Source: Deltaproteobacteria bacterium
GTDB taxonomy: Bacteria; Myxococcota_A; UBA9160; UBA4427
Direction: 5' to 3'
NCBI GenBank assembly: GCA_002719955.1
Contig: PBFW01000020.1
Coordinates: 9,651-73,650, forward strand
Length of the DNA: 64,000 bases
Positions 1-8,578 of this stretch are shown here, piece by piece; positions within the stretch are counted from its first letter, which is position 1; each line of letters opens with the position of its first letter. The notes under the pieces are model-generated. The model was not told the origin of the DNA. It searched no databases and saw only the letters and a list, made by a program, of their open reading frames with translations. The translations under genes were made by a program, and so were the position numbers.

Positions 1-2121
1 GACGGGGCGCACGCGCTTCACGGGCTGGCGCCAGTCGCTTCGTACCGCCTTGGCGTTCCCGTTCTCGCGGAAGACCGCGAAGGTCTCCGCCTCGAGTCGG
101 CGCAGGACGCCCGGGTCCGGGCCCATCCATCTCACCTGGATCTTGCCGCCGTCGCCGGGTCCCATCACGAAGCGGCGGACGTAGACGAGCGCGTCCGGCG
201 CAAGCCCGATCAGGTCGCGCTCGGTCTGCGCGATGATCGGCCCGAGGTCCGTGCCTTCCTCTACGTCGACGAGGAACTGCGCGTAGGCGCCGTTCGTCTT
301 CTCGGGCGCGTAGGTCAGCAGGAAGCGCATCGCCCCGGCGCCCACCAGCGTCGTCACGTGTTTCGACGAATCGAGGCCCGCCAGATAGGCCTCGACCCCC
401 TCACTCTGTCGCTCCGTCTCCCCGATGAACGTGCCCTGCGGCAACCAGAAATCGACCATGTACTGCGGGCGCGTAGATTCGGGGAAGAAGCTGCGGTCGA
501 CGTGTCCGAAGCCCAGGATCGAGACGACGAAGAGCCCGAGGACGCCCGCGATCGTGACCCAGCGCCGCCGGATGCAGCTCGAGAGCACGTTCCGATAGAC
601 TTTGTAGAGGCCCTGCTCGTAAACGTCGCCGGGGTTGCCGACGCCGCCTGGCAGCACGATCGCCGCGATGACCGGCGTGACGGTCACTGCGGTGACCCAC
701 GATAGGGAAAGCGACACCATCACGACCTGGAAGAGGGAACGACAGAATTCACCCGTCGAGTCGTCGGAGGTTCCGATCGCCGCGAAGGCCATGATGGCGA
801 CAGCCGTCGCGCCGAGTAGCGGAAGCGCCGTCTGGCCCACGACATCGCGTGCGGCCTTCTCCGGGTCCTCTCCCGCGTTGATCCTCACGAGCATGCCATC
901 AACGACGACGATCGCATTGTCCACGAGCATGCCGAGCGCGATGATCAGCGCGCCGAGGGAGATGCGCTCGAGCGCCACGGCCATCTGATCGAGGAAGGGG
1001 AAGCTCCCTGCGATCGTCACCACCAGGATGAAACCGATCACGAGTCCGCTGCGCAGACCCATGAAGATCAACAGCACCACGATCACGATCGCGACCGCCT
1101 CGATGAGACTGATCACGAATCCGTCGATTGCCTTCGTCACAGCCCCGGATTGGAGTGAGATGATCCCGGCCTGGATCCCGAGCGGGATCTGGGGCTGGAG
1201 TTCGGTCATGCGCTTGGCGAGCGCGTCGCCCATCGAGACGACGTTGCCGCCCGGCGCCGTCGAGATGCCAAGGCCGATCGCACGATGGCCGTCATAGCGG
1301 AGGATTTCGCGCTGGGGCTCGATGTGGCCGCGGCGAATCGTTGCGAGGTCGCGTAGACGGATCTGTTCGCCCGACGGGCCCGTCACGAGGGTCTCGCCGA
1401 TATCCTCGATCGCTTCCGCAGAGCCGGTGGGGTCGATCGCGACGTATTCGGCACCCACCTCGACGCGCCCGGAGTCGGACACGACGTTGCGCGCCCGCAG
1501 TTCCTTGGCGATCGCCTGGGGTGTGATGCCCAGCTGGGCCACGCGCTCGCGATCCGGCACCACGTAGACCGCCTCCGGGCGATCGCCCCAGAAGTCGACC
1601 TTCGCGACGTCTTCCACCAGAAGCAGCTCTCGCCGCAGCAACTTCGCCGTTTCGTAGAGCTCCGTCTCGCCGTACTCGTCTCCGTAGAGAGCCACGAAGA
1701 CACCCCAAACGTCTCCGAAATCGTCGACGACGATCGAGGGGCTGGCGCCGGGCGGCAGGTTCTTCTGCGCGTCGTTCACCTTGCGCCGCAGCTCGTCCCA
1801 CACCTGGGGCAGCGTCGTCTTGTCATATTTGTTCTGGATCGTGACCGTCACGGTCGAGAGACCACGGTCCGACTTCGACTCCACCTCCATCAGCTGCCCG
1901 AGTTGCTGGGCGGCGATCTCGATCTTGTCGCTCACCTCTTCCGCGACCTCGAGCGCCGATGCGCCGGGGTACGGGGTGATTACGAGCGCGTCTTTGATCG
2001 TGAACTCGGGGTCCTCCAGCCGCGCCATCCCGTTGAAGGACATGAAGCCCGCGCCGAGCAGCACGAACGTGAGGACGAGCGTGGTCGTCCGGTTACGAAG
2101 GGCGAAGTCGGCGAGATTCAT
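1..2121 (-). CDS. RND efflux permease (AcrB/HAE1-type), first 707 codons; the C-terminus lies beyond the window edge
   Basis: Absent from the ORF track because it runs off the window. Reverse translation from the ATG (plus-strand cat 2119-2121) reads MNLADFALRNRTTTLVLTFVLLGAGFMSFNGMARLEDPEFTIKDALVITPYPGAS... and later ...ISLGALIIALGMLVDNAIVVVDGM..., typical of RND pumps. The frame looked open down to position 1 on an eye-read that was not checked codon by codon. It starts 10 nt after the adaptor gene stop. Confidence 0.88.
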   Translation of the reverse strand, partial: MNLADFALRNRTTTLVLTFVLLGAGFMSFNGMARLEDPEFTIKDALVITPYPGASALEVAEEVSDKIEIAAQQLGQLMEVESKSDRGLSTVTVTIQNKYDKTTLPQVWDELRRKVNDAQKNLPPGASPSIVVDDFGDVWGVFVALYGDEYGETELYETAKLLRRELLLVEDVAKVDFWGDRPEAVYVVPDRERVAQLGITPQAIAKELRARNVVSDSGRVEVGAEYVAIDPTGSAEAIEDIGETLVTGPSGEQIRLRDLATIRRGHIEPQREILRYDGHRAIGLGISTAPGGNVVSMGDALAKRMTELQPQIPLGIQAGIISLQSGAVTKAIDGFVISLIEAVAIVIVVLLIFMGLRSGLVIGFILVVTIAGSFPFLDQMAVALERISLGALIIALGMLVDNAIVVVDGMLVRINAGEDPEKAARDVVGQTALPLLGATAVAIMAFAAIGTSDDSTGEFCRSLFQVVMVSLSLSWVTAVTVTPVIAAIVLPGGVGNPGDVYEQGLYKVYRNVLSSCIRRRWVTIAGVLGLFVVSILGFGHVDRSFFPESTRPQYMVDFWLPQGTFIGETERQSEGVEAYLAGLDSSKHVTTLVGAGAMRFLLTYAPEKTNGAYAQFLVDVEEGTDLGPIIAQTERDLIGLAPDALVYVRRFVMGPGDGGKIQVRWMGPDPGVLRRLEAETFAVFRENGNAKAVRSDWRQPVKRVRPV

Positions 2122-2131
2122 GTGGCCCCTG

Positions 2132-3232
2132 CTAGTTCGCGGCCCGGGAGACGACCATGCCCTCGTGCAGGAAGGCGACGCCCGAAATGGCGATCCATTC
2201 GCTCCCGCCGAGGCCCGATCGGACCCGAATGCCATCCGATGACATCGTGCCGACCTCGACCGGGCGCGCCGAGACTGCCATCGAGGCGGGATCGACCGTC
2301 CAAACGATCGGTTGGCCCGACGGATCGCTCGTGACGGCGGCGACCGGGACGAAGAGCCCCGTCTCGCCGATCAGCTCGTCGGAGACGTGGAACAGGACGT
2401 TGGCTGTCATCCCGGTCGCGAGACTCACGTCGCCCGGGTTGTCGAAGGCGAGCGTCGCCGCGAAGGTGCGGGTGCGTGGGTCCGCCGTCGTCGCGAATTC
2501 GGTGAGGCGCGCTGGGAAGGCGCGATTCTCGAGCGCGCTGACAGTGATCTCGGGCTTGCCGCGTACGGTGCGCTCATCGAGCGAGAGGTTGGGGGGCAGC
2601 CGCGCCGCGTCCTGCTCGGGAATGTCCGCCTCGACCTCGAAGACGCTGTCGTTCTCCAGCACGAGGACGACCTGCTTTGCCTGCACGTTCTCGAAGTTCT
2701 CGACGTCGGTTCGCGCGATGATGCCCGCGAAGGGAGCGACGAGGCGAGCATCCTCGAGGGCTTTCCGGGCACGTTCGAGGTTCGTGCGCGTGACTTCGTA
2801 GTTGCGCTGGCGCGTGTCGAGCTGCTGCTGCGAGGTCACTTTCTCCTGGAACAGCTTGAGCGTTCGATCGTATTCGGCTTTCGCGGCGCGTTCCTTCGCG
2901 CGCTCGGCATCGACTTTCGACTGGAAGTCCCGTGGGTCGAGGCGCGCGAGAACGTCACCGGTGGCCACCTCCTGACCTTCGAATACAGCCAGCTCCTCGA
3001 TTCGGCCCGCGACTTCGAACGCCATCTCGGCGCTCTGTCCCGCCTTCACGGTGCCGGGGAACTCAAGCACCTGCTCGCTCGCGTCCCCCCCGAGTTCGAG
3101 GATCTTGATCGGGCGAACCACGGGTTCGGGCGGTGCTGCTTCATCGCCGCACGCCAGGGGCAGCAGCAGGAGTGGCAGGAGGAGTCCGAGTCGGACATGA
3201 CGGTTGGACGCGGTGAGGTGGGAAGCGAGCAT
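2132..3232 (-). CDS. RND efflux periplasmic adaptor (membrane fusion protein, HlyD/AcrA family), lipoprotein
   Basis: ORF track 2132..3286. The internal ATG at 3232 has GGAGG about 4 nt upstream and gives the lipobox signal MLASHLTASNRHVRLGLLLPLLLLPLAC. The body has the coiled-coil hairpin typical of adaptors (RLDPRDFQSKVDAERAKERAAKAEYDRTLKLFQEKVTSQQQLD). It lies directly upstream of the RND permease. Confidence 0.9.
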   Translation of the reverse strand: MLASHLTASNRHVRLGLLLPLLLLPLACGDEAAPPEPVVRPIKILELGGDASEQVLEFPGTVKAGQSAEMAFEVAGRIEELAVFEGQEVATGDVLARLDPRDFQSKVDAERAKERAAKAEYDRTLKLFQEKVTSQQQLDTRQRNYEVTRTNLERARKALEDARLVAPFAGIIARTDVENFENVQAKQVVLVLENDSVFEVEADIPEQDAARLPPNLSLDERTVRGKPEITVSALENRAFPARLTEFATTADPRTRTFAATLAFDNPGDVSLATGMTANVLFHVSDELIGETGLFVPVAAVTSDPSGQPIVWTVDPASMAVSARPVEVGTMSSDGIRVRSGLGGSEWIAISGVAFLHEGMVVSRAAN

Positions 3233-3846
3233 GGGACCTCCGAGCGAATTCCCAACGAAGTCGATCGCGACCGATGCTACCAACATGGTCGACGACGGTC
3301 GACCAAGGTCGGCGCGAGTATGCCCCGAAAGTCAATGCTCGCCGTCGCCGAGCGCGCCGGACCCCGACTCGTCCCCGATCGGGAGATCTCGCTTTCCCAA
3401 GTCGTCGACGATGACAACGAGACCCTCGGCAGCACCGCTTCGACCGATCCCAACCCGAAGCTCTTGGTTTGCGACTTCGGCCTGCCGCGTCTCGTGACAT
3501 TCCGAATTCGACATGCTGCAACGGAGACGCCCTGAAAGCACAAGGTATTTCCGATCTGCCTACCTGTAGGCGGAGCACGAGATCAGATTCGAACCGGTGA
3601 CCCTCACGTTGGCAACAGGGAGAGAGGGCCAGGAATGACGGGGACCTAGTGTCTTCGGGGGGGGGGCCGGCAGAGGACGGCACCGAGCGACATCCCCGAC
3701 GCGCACGGGGAGCTTCGCGTAGAAAACGAAAACGGCGACAACGTGGCGGTCTCAGACTTCGACCGTTCGGTCTTCGGTGGCGTTTCGCTGACGGTTCCGT
3801 TCTGATCCCGGCTCGACGGCGGAATCGTCGATTTTGATGGGCGCGC

Positions 3847-4114
3847 ATGAGGCCAGATAGGGACAGGCTCCCGTCCGTCCGATTCGCTCCCATTCTCATG
3901 GCGATCGCCGTCGTCGCATCGGCCTGCGCGTCCCCGATCGGTGTGAAGCGCGTCGATCCGCGCGTCGTCCAGCGAGAGCTCGCGGAGAGCGTGCTCACTT
4001 CGAAGCGGGTGAATGGCCAGACCCGGAACGTGCTGCGGCTCGCGAATCTCGAAGAGGACGTAAACGCTCGCCCCGAGGAGGTGGTCGAGTTCGTCCATCG
4101 GATCCTGCTCGAAG
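3847..4114 (+). pseudogene. 5' fragment of a lipoprotein gene (about 90 codons), truncated
   Basis: The ORF at 3847..4440 begins with a lipoprotein signal (MRPDRDRLPSVRFAPILMAIAVVASAC) and a plausible mature N-terminus (ASPIGVKRVDPRVVQRELAESVLTSKRVNGQTRNVLRLANLEEDVNARPEEVVEFVHRILLED). Beyond about 4115 it degenerates into Arg/Gly-rich sequence, while a different frame becomes protein-like. Confidence 0.35.
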
Positions 4115-4576
4115 ATGTCCAACGAGGTGAGACGGTTTCCCGACTGGTGGTGGGACGCCTCTCGCGCGGGCGGATGGTTGGCGGCTTCGGGGTCGCACGC
4201 GATCGATCAGATTCGCGTCTGGCTGGGCGAGATCGGATGGGTGAGCGCGGACCTCGTGTCGCTTGCGCGGGGATGCGTGAACTGCCGATCCCCGAGGCTT
4301 GGCGCGCTGACATTGGACAAGGCGCCCAAACACTCGTCGCATCACTTCGGGCACCTGGAACTCGGGCCCTATACCCGGCTCTGCGAATCCTTTCGCGACG
4401 CGATTCTCGCCGGAGCGGAGTCGGCTGGCGCATCCATTGAGACCGATGTGGAGCTCGCGAACTTCGAAGACGGTCTGGCCAATGTAAGAGTGATCGAAGC
4501 GGCCCGACGGTCGCGGGAACACGGGCAATCGGTGAGGGGCGACGAGGTCGCCGCCGCGGATTCATGCGTGGGTTGA
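4115..4576 (+). pseudogene. C-terminal half of a Gfo/Idh/MocA-family oxidoreductase, with no N-terminal Rossmann domain
   Basis: The translation ...WWWDASRAGGWLAASGSHAIDQIRVWLGEIGWVSADL...VELANFEDGLANVRVIEAARRSREHGQSV matches the C-terminal alpha/beta domain of Gfo/Idh/MocA enzymes. I saw no GxGxxG NAD-binding domain upstream. It abuts the lipoprotein fragment in another frame. Confidence 0.5.
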
Positions 4577-4580
4577 GGCG

Positions 4581-5189
4581 CTAGAGCAGTGCGCGAATCG
4601 TCTCCGCGGTTTCGAGGGCCGCCGCGAGGGGGTCGTCGAAGGGCCAGCCGCGCTCCGGCAGATCGAAATATTCGACGGATAGGCGTCCGCAATAGCCGAT
4701 CCGATCGAGCTCGTCGAAGATCGCGGCGAAGTCGACATCGCCTTCTCGCGCCTGGCTCTGGCCGACTTTCGCCTGGCGTAGCTGGATATGCGAGGCGTGG
4801 GGGAGCAATTCGATCACGTCACCGCCCCAGGCCGTCACGTGGCCCACGTCGAGCAGGAGCGAAAGGCCCGGAACCTCGCGAAGGATCGCCAGGGTCGCGT
4901 CATTGCTGCCGACCGCACCGCCGCCCCAGGGTTCGATGCGACAATTCGGGATCTGCGCGAAATCGGCCACGGTCTTCTCGAAGCTGCGGCGATCGGCGGC
5001 GAGTGGGCCCGTGCTGCAGCCCTCGGTGGGCCTCGGGGCGAAGCGGTCGTGGATCGGCAGCGCGAGTTCGTCGGCCACGTCGCCGGAGACGTCGATATGT
5101 TCGAATCCCTGTTTCTTGGCGAGTTCGGCCGCCTCTTCGATCGGCAGATCGCCGTACACGACGGAGACGATACCCAGGGGCCAGCGCAT
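4581..5189 (-). CDS. sugar phosphate isomerase/epimerase (xylose isomerase-like TIM barrel) family protein
   Basis: ORF track 4581..5225; the likely start is ATG 5189 (MRWPLGIVSVVYGDLPIEEAAELAKKQGFEHIDVSGD...). The C-terminal part (...LLLDVGHVTAWGGDVIELLPHASHIQLRQA...DFAAIFDELDRIGYCGRLSVEYF) is typical of AP-endonuclease-2/TIM-barrel isomerases. Confidence 0.8.
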   Translation of the reverse strand: MRWPLGIVSVVYGDLPIEEAAELAKKQGFEHIDVSGDVADELALPIHDRFAPRPTEGCSTGPLAADRRSFEKTVADFAQIPNCRIEPWGGGAVGSNDATLAILREVPGLSLLLDVGHVTAWGGDVIELLPHASHIQLRQAKVGQSQAREGDVDFAAIFDELDRIGYCGRLSVEYFDLPERGWPFDDPLAAALETAETIRALL

Positions 5190-5291
5190 ATTCGGCAAGC
5201 TACTCGGCCCCCGTCGTGGGTTCAAGCGCCATCGGACGCGCTGGAGCGCCTATACTGGGCCACCCATTGAAGGAAACTCTTGGAGGACTCC

Positions 5292-5831
5292 ATGGAACGA
5301 ATCCGCGTGCTCGACCCGACGGCGCCGCCGCCGGCGGTTTCGACCGACCCCGGGCCTGATGCCGGCTCGCTCGCGGGCAAGACGATCGGCTTTCGCCTCG
5401 ATCAAACCTGGCAATCCTTCTTCCACGTTCGGGACGAGTGGGTGGGCCGATTCGAAGAGGCCGGCGCCAGGGTGCGGGTCTGGGACGCGGGCCACCGCGT
5501 CGGGGAAGAGGGCGAACAAACCCGCCGAGAACTCGGGGAATTTGCCGACGCCGTGGATATCGCGGTCGTCGGCCTCGGGAATTGAGGCTCCTGCACCGCC
5601 TGGACGGTCCACGACACGGTCGCGGTCCTCGAGGCGGGCAAGACGGCGGTCGCCGTTGTGACGCAGGAATTCGAATCTCTCTCCCGCACGATGGCCTCGA
5701 ATGCCGGATGGCAGGGGCTGCGCGTGCAGGTTCTGCCCTATCCGCTCGAGGCGCGGCCCGATGAAGAAGTGCGCCAGATCGCGCGCGAATCTTATCCCGA
5801 ACTGCTCGCGGCGCTCGGCGTCTGCCACTGA
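5292..5831 (+). CDS. UGSC-motif (seleno)protein; in-frame TGA 5583-5585 read as selenocysteine
   Basis: GGAGGA at 5282-5287 precedes ATG 5292. The track ORF stops at TGA 5583-5585 (...DIAVVGLGN*). The same frame stays open 81 more codons to TGA 5829-5831 (GSCTAWTVHDTVAVLEAGKTAVAVVTQEFESLSRTMASNAGWQGLRVQVLPYPLEARPDEEVRQIARESYPELLAALGVCH). The stop therefore sits in GLGN-U-GSCT. Confidence 0.7.
5603..5630 (+). promoter_or_regulatory. possible bacterial SECIS-like hairpin downstream of UGA 5583
   Basis: A hand-drawn imperfect GC-rich stem-loop (GACGGUCCACGAC-ACG-GUCGCGGUCCUC) begins 18 nt 3' of the UGA. It was not folded computationally. Confidence 0.2.
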
Positions 5832-5856
5832 GCTCGGAGCGAGGAGGTCCATATCC

Positions 5857-6942
5857 ATGCCGGAAGGTGTCATCGACCGCGACTGCGGCCCAGAGGGCTG
5901 CGAGATCGACTGGCTGGCGAGTCCGCGTGTGGAGGTTTCCGCCGATGTGACGGCCTTCACGAAATTTGCGACGGATGCGGGTTGGGGTGACGGTCTGCCC
6001 CTCGTGCCTCCGACCGAGGCGCGGGTGCGCGAATATGTGAGCGCTTCCGGGCGTTTTCCCGATGAGCACCTGGGTGACCTGCCCCCGCGCAACGGGCGCT
6101 GCACCGTGGAAAAGGTCGCGATCAACGCCGTTCTGGCGGGGGCCCCCCCGAATGCCATGCGGCTGTTATGCGCGTCGATCGAGGCGATGCTCGAACCGCC
6201 GCTCAATCTCTTCGCCCTCAATACGACGACCTGCTGCGTCGTCCCGGGTGTCTTCGTCAACGGCCCGGCTCGGCACGAACTCGACTTGCCTTATTCGGCG
6301 GGTTGTTTTGGCGGCGAAGCCGGGCCGGCCCCACCGATCGGCCGGGCGCTGCGTCTGCTCATGAGAAATGTCGGAGGGCAGGTCGTCGGCGTCTCCTCGA
6401 AGAGCGTTTTCGGGCAGCCGGGCCGGGTGACCGGCATCGTGGTTGCGGAATGGGAGGAACGATCACCCTGGGCACCGCTCGGCGAGCGTCGCGGGGTCGT
6501 CGGAAATGCGCTGACGGTCCACGGCGTCACCGGCACCATCGACGTCGCCGACACCGTCGCGCAGAACGGCGTCGACCTGCTCGAGATCATCGGCAAGTCG
6601 CTGGCCTTTCCCGGCACGAATGCCTTCATCGGCGGGGACCATGGCGCCGAGGTCTTCCTCGCCATCGCGCCGCCCTGGGCGGATCTGATCGCGAAATCCT
6701 ATCCCGAGATCGAGACGGTGCAGGAGAAACTCTGGGAACATGCGGCGCTTCCCGTCGACTGGTGGCCCCGGGCCCACCAACGCGAATACGAAGAGCAGGG
6801 CCGGATCGATGAGCGCGGTCGCGTGCCACTCGTGAAATCGCCCGAGCGCGTGGTCGTGTTGGTCTGTGGGGGACTCGGCAACCTGCATGCCCTGGCGATG
6901 CATAGCTTCGGACCGACGCAGGCCGTGACGCACCCATTCTGA
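5857..6942 (+). CDS. conserved hypothetical protein (362 aa) coupled to the UGSC gene
   Basis: ORF track 5701..6942. ATG 5857 is preceded by GAGGAGG (5841-5847), 25 nt after the UGSC stop. The sequence is protein-like throughout (…TDAGWGDGLPLVPPTEARVREYV…TVEKVAINAVLAGAPPNAMRLL…ALNTTTCCVVPGVFVNGP…IGRALRLLMRNVGG…). I do not recognise a named domain. Confidence 0.75.
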   Translation: MPEGVIDRDCGPEGCEIDWLASPRVEVSADVTAFTKFATDAGWGDGLPLVPPTEARVREYVSASGRFPDEHLGDLPPRNGRCTVEKVAINAVLAGAPPNAMRLLCASIEAMLEPPLNLFALNTTTCCVVPGVFVNGPARHELDLPYSAGCFGGEAGPAPPIGRALRLLMRNVGGQVVGVSSKSVFGQPGRVTGIVVAEWEERSPWAPLGERRGVVGNALTVHGVTGTIDVADTVAQNGVDLLEIIGKSLAFPGTNAFIGGDHGAEVFLAIAPPWADLIAKSYPEIETVQEKLWEHAALPVDWWPRAHQREYEEQGRIDERGRVPLVKSPERVVVLVCGGLGNLHALAMHSFGPTQAVTHPF

Positions 6943-7224
6943 TCAGGGCTCGGCGGGTTTGGGTCTGATCTCGCCCCCCCGAAATCCCTCGATCAGTTCA
7001 GCCATCCCCGCATTCGTCCGGCGATGGCTCGCCACCACCACGAGAAGACCCGCCTCGCGATGTAGATCGAGCGCTCATGCGAGGGCATCCAGGATCCACT
7101 CGCTGCGATTTCCAAATGCGCCGCCCCCGAGAAGCGTGACGAAGACGAATGGATTTCCTGTGCGGTTCCGGTTGAGCGCGCCCGCGGCGAGGCGGTCAAG
7201 GGGAGTGCCGAGGCATACGCCTGG
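6943..7224 (-). pseudogene. gene remnant (possibly macro-domain/PARG-like C-terminus) with an in-frame TGA and no start
   Basis: The minus frame reads PGVCLGTPLDRLAAGALNRNRTGNPFVFVTLLGGGAFGNRSEWILDALA-TGA(7075-7077)-ALDLHREAGLLVVVASHRRTNAGMAELIEGFRGGEIRPKPAEP*. It is bounded upstream by a stop at 7225-7227 and has no start codon. The family guess is weak. Confidence 0.3.
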
Positions 7225-7350
7225 CTATCGCCCCGCCCCATCGGGGCTGGGTTAGGATGGGAGCGAGTTGGGCGGAAGATCGCGTGATTCCTTTTCTGGC
7301 AAGGACCGGGGAGACCGAAGGGGATTCGCCGACGGAGGCACGAGTACAGA

Positions 7351-8526
7351 GTGAAGATCGATATTTTTAGCGAGATCCAGCGGGCGGGCTGGGAGCGGAA
7401 GAAGGAGGGGAAGCTGATCGGGGATTCGATCGAGTTGGCCAAGGTCGCGGACGAGACCGGTTACGGCGCCTGGTGGCAGGTCGAGCATAATGGTTCGGGG
7501 GCCTTCAGCATCAGCTCGGCGCCGGAACTATTCAATGCGATTCTGGCGCGGGAGACACAGAAGATTCGCCTGGGTCAGGCTGGTGTGCTCTCGCCCTTCA
7601 AGATCAATCATCCGCTGAGGGTCGCTGCGCGGGCGGCTTTCACCGATATCGTCAGCGGCGGTCGCGTGGAGTTGGGCGTCGCGCGCTCTTCGGGCAATGA
7701 GTGGACGCGCTTCCAGGTCGACGGCGAAACGACGCGCGAAGAGACGAGCGAACTCCTGCGGATGCTTCCGCGCATGTGGTCGAATGATCGCTTCAGCTGG
7801 AAGAGCGATTTGATCGAGATCCCCGAGGTCGATGTGGTTCCGAAGCCGGTCCAGAAGCCGCATCCGCCGATGTGGCTAACGGGGACGGCCCAGGCGGCCT
7901 TCGAAGAGGCGGGCGGGCTCGGAGTCGGGGCGATCGCGACGACGATGCTCTGGCCGATCGAGAGCATCAAGGTATTGGTCGACGCCTATCGCCAGGCGAT
8001 TGATGCTTGCGAAGAGCCCGCGGGCGATGTGATGAACGACCAGTTCGGTTGTTTCACGTTCGTGCATTGCGCGCCGAGTCGGGAAGAGGCGATCGCGAGT
8101 GGCGCTTGCGAGGCTGCGCTCTGGTACGCGAATACGGCGCCGAGCGTCTTCAATAATCCCCGCGGCGCCCTCGTCGACGCGATTCGGGGTCTCTACGCGC
8201 CAGATCTCGAGAGCTGGCGCCATTCCCACGAAGAGAAGGTCGAGTACGCAGTCGACCCCGACGACCCGGTGCCGGTGGTTCGCCTGATGAATCGACAATA
8301 CCTGGGGATGGAGATCGATCCGGAGGAGGCCTATGAGGTTCTCGGGGCGATCGATTCGGTCATCATCGGGGATCCCGATACGTGTCTGGCCAAGATGAAG
8401 AAATTCGAGGAGGTCGGTGTCGATCGCCTCCTGACGCTGCAGCAGTTCGGCGCCCTGCAGCACAAGCGTGTTCTCGGCAGCTTGCGCCTGATCGGCGAGG
8501 AGCTGGTGCCGCAGATCGACGTCTGA
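7351..8526 (+). CDS. LLM-class (luciferase-like) flavin-dependent monooxygenase/oxidoreductase
   Basis: 391-aa ORF with a GTG start. Signatures: MKIDIFSEIQ..., ...GYGAWWQVEHN..., IRLGQAGVLSPFKINHPLRVAARAAFTDIVSGGRVELGVARS, VQKPHPPMW. These indicate a bacterial luciferase-like TIM barrel. Confidence 0.9.
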   Translation: MKIDIFSEIQRAGWERKKEGKLIGDSIELAKVADETGYGAWWQVEHNGSGAFSISSAPELFNAILARETQKIRLGQAGVLSPFKINHPLRVAARAAFTDIVSGGRVELGVARSSGNEWTRFQVDGETTREETSELLRMLPRMWSNDRFSWKSDLIEIPEVDVVPKPVQKPHPPMWLTGTAQAAFEEAGGLGVGAIATTMLWPIESIKVLVDAYRQAIDACEEPAGDVMNDQFGCFTFVHCAPSREEAIASGACEAALWYANTAPSVFNNPRGALVDAIRGLYAPDLESWRHSHEEKVEYAVDPDDPVPVVRLMNRQYLGMEIDPEEAYEVLGAIDSVIIGDPDTCLAKMKKFEEVGVDRLLTLQQFGALQHKRVLGSLRLIGEELVPQIDV

Positions 8527-8578
8527 GAGCGAATTCTGTCGGGGTAGGGAGCGCGCAAACGCATCCGCTGGCGCAATC

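Noticed and set aside
3332-3541. 69-aa minus ORF upstream of the RND adaptor gene (MSNSECHETRQAEVANQELRVGIGRSGAAEGLVVIVDDLGKRDLPIGDESG...)
   Set aside because: It is mildly protein-like, but it has no RBS I could see and no recognisable family, and it lies in a region full of spurious ORFs. The evidence is insufficient to call it a gene.
3560-3600. GGTTCGAATC T-loop-like sequence on the minus strand (possible tRNA)
   Set aside because: The T-stem has a mismatch, there is no complementary 5' acceptor strand, D-arm or anticodon arm within 100 nt upstream, and no CCA or discriminator context. I treat it as a tRNA-derived fragment at most, not a gene. It needs tRNAscan-SE/Infernal to be sure.
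3141-4565. 474-aa minus-strand ORF (and similar Arg-rich ORFs at 23540..24856, 8331..9566, 5200..6260, 38800..39525)
   Set aside because: Extreme Arg/Pro/Ser composition, overlap with better-supported genes on the other strand, and no recognisable domains.
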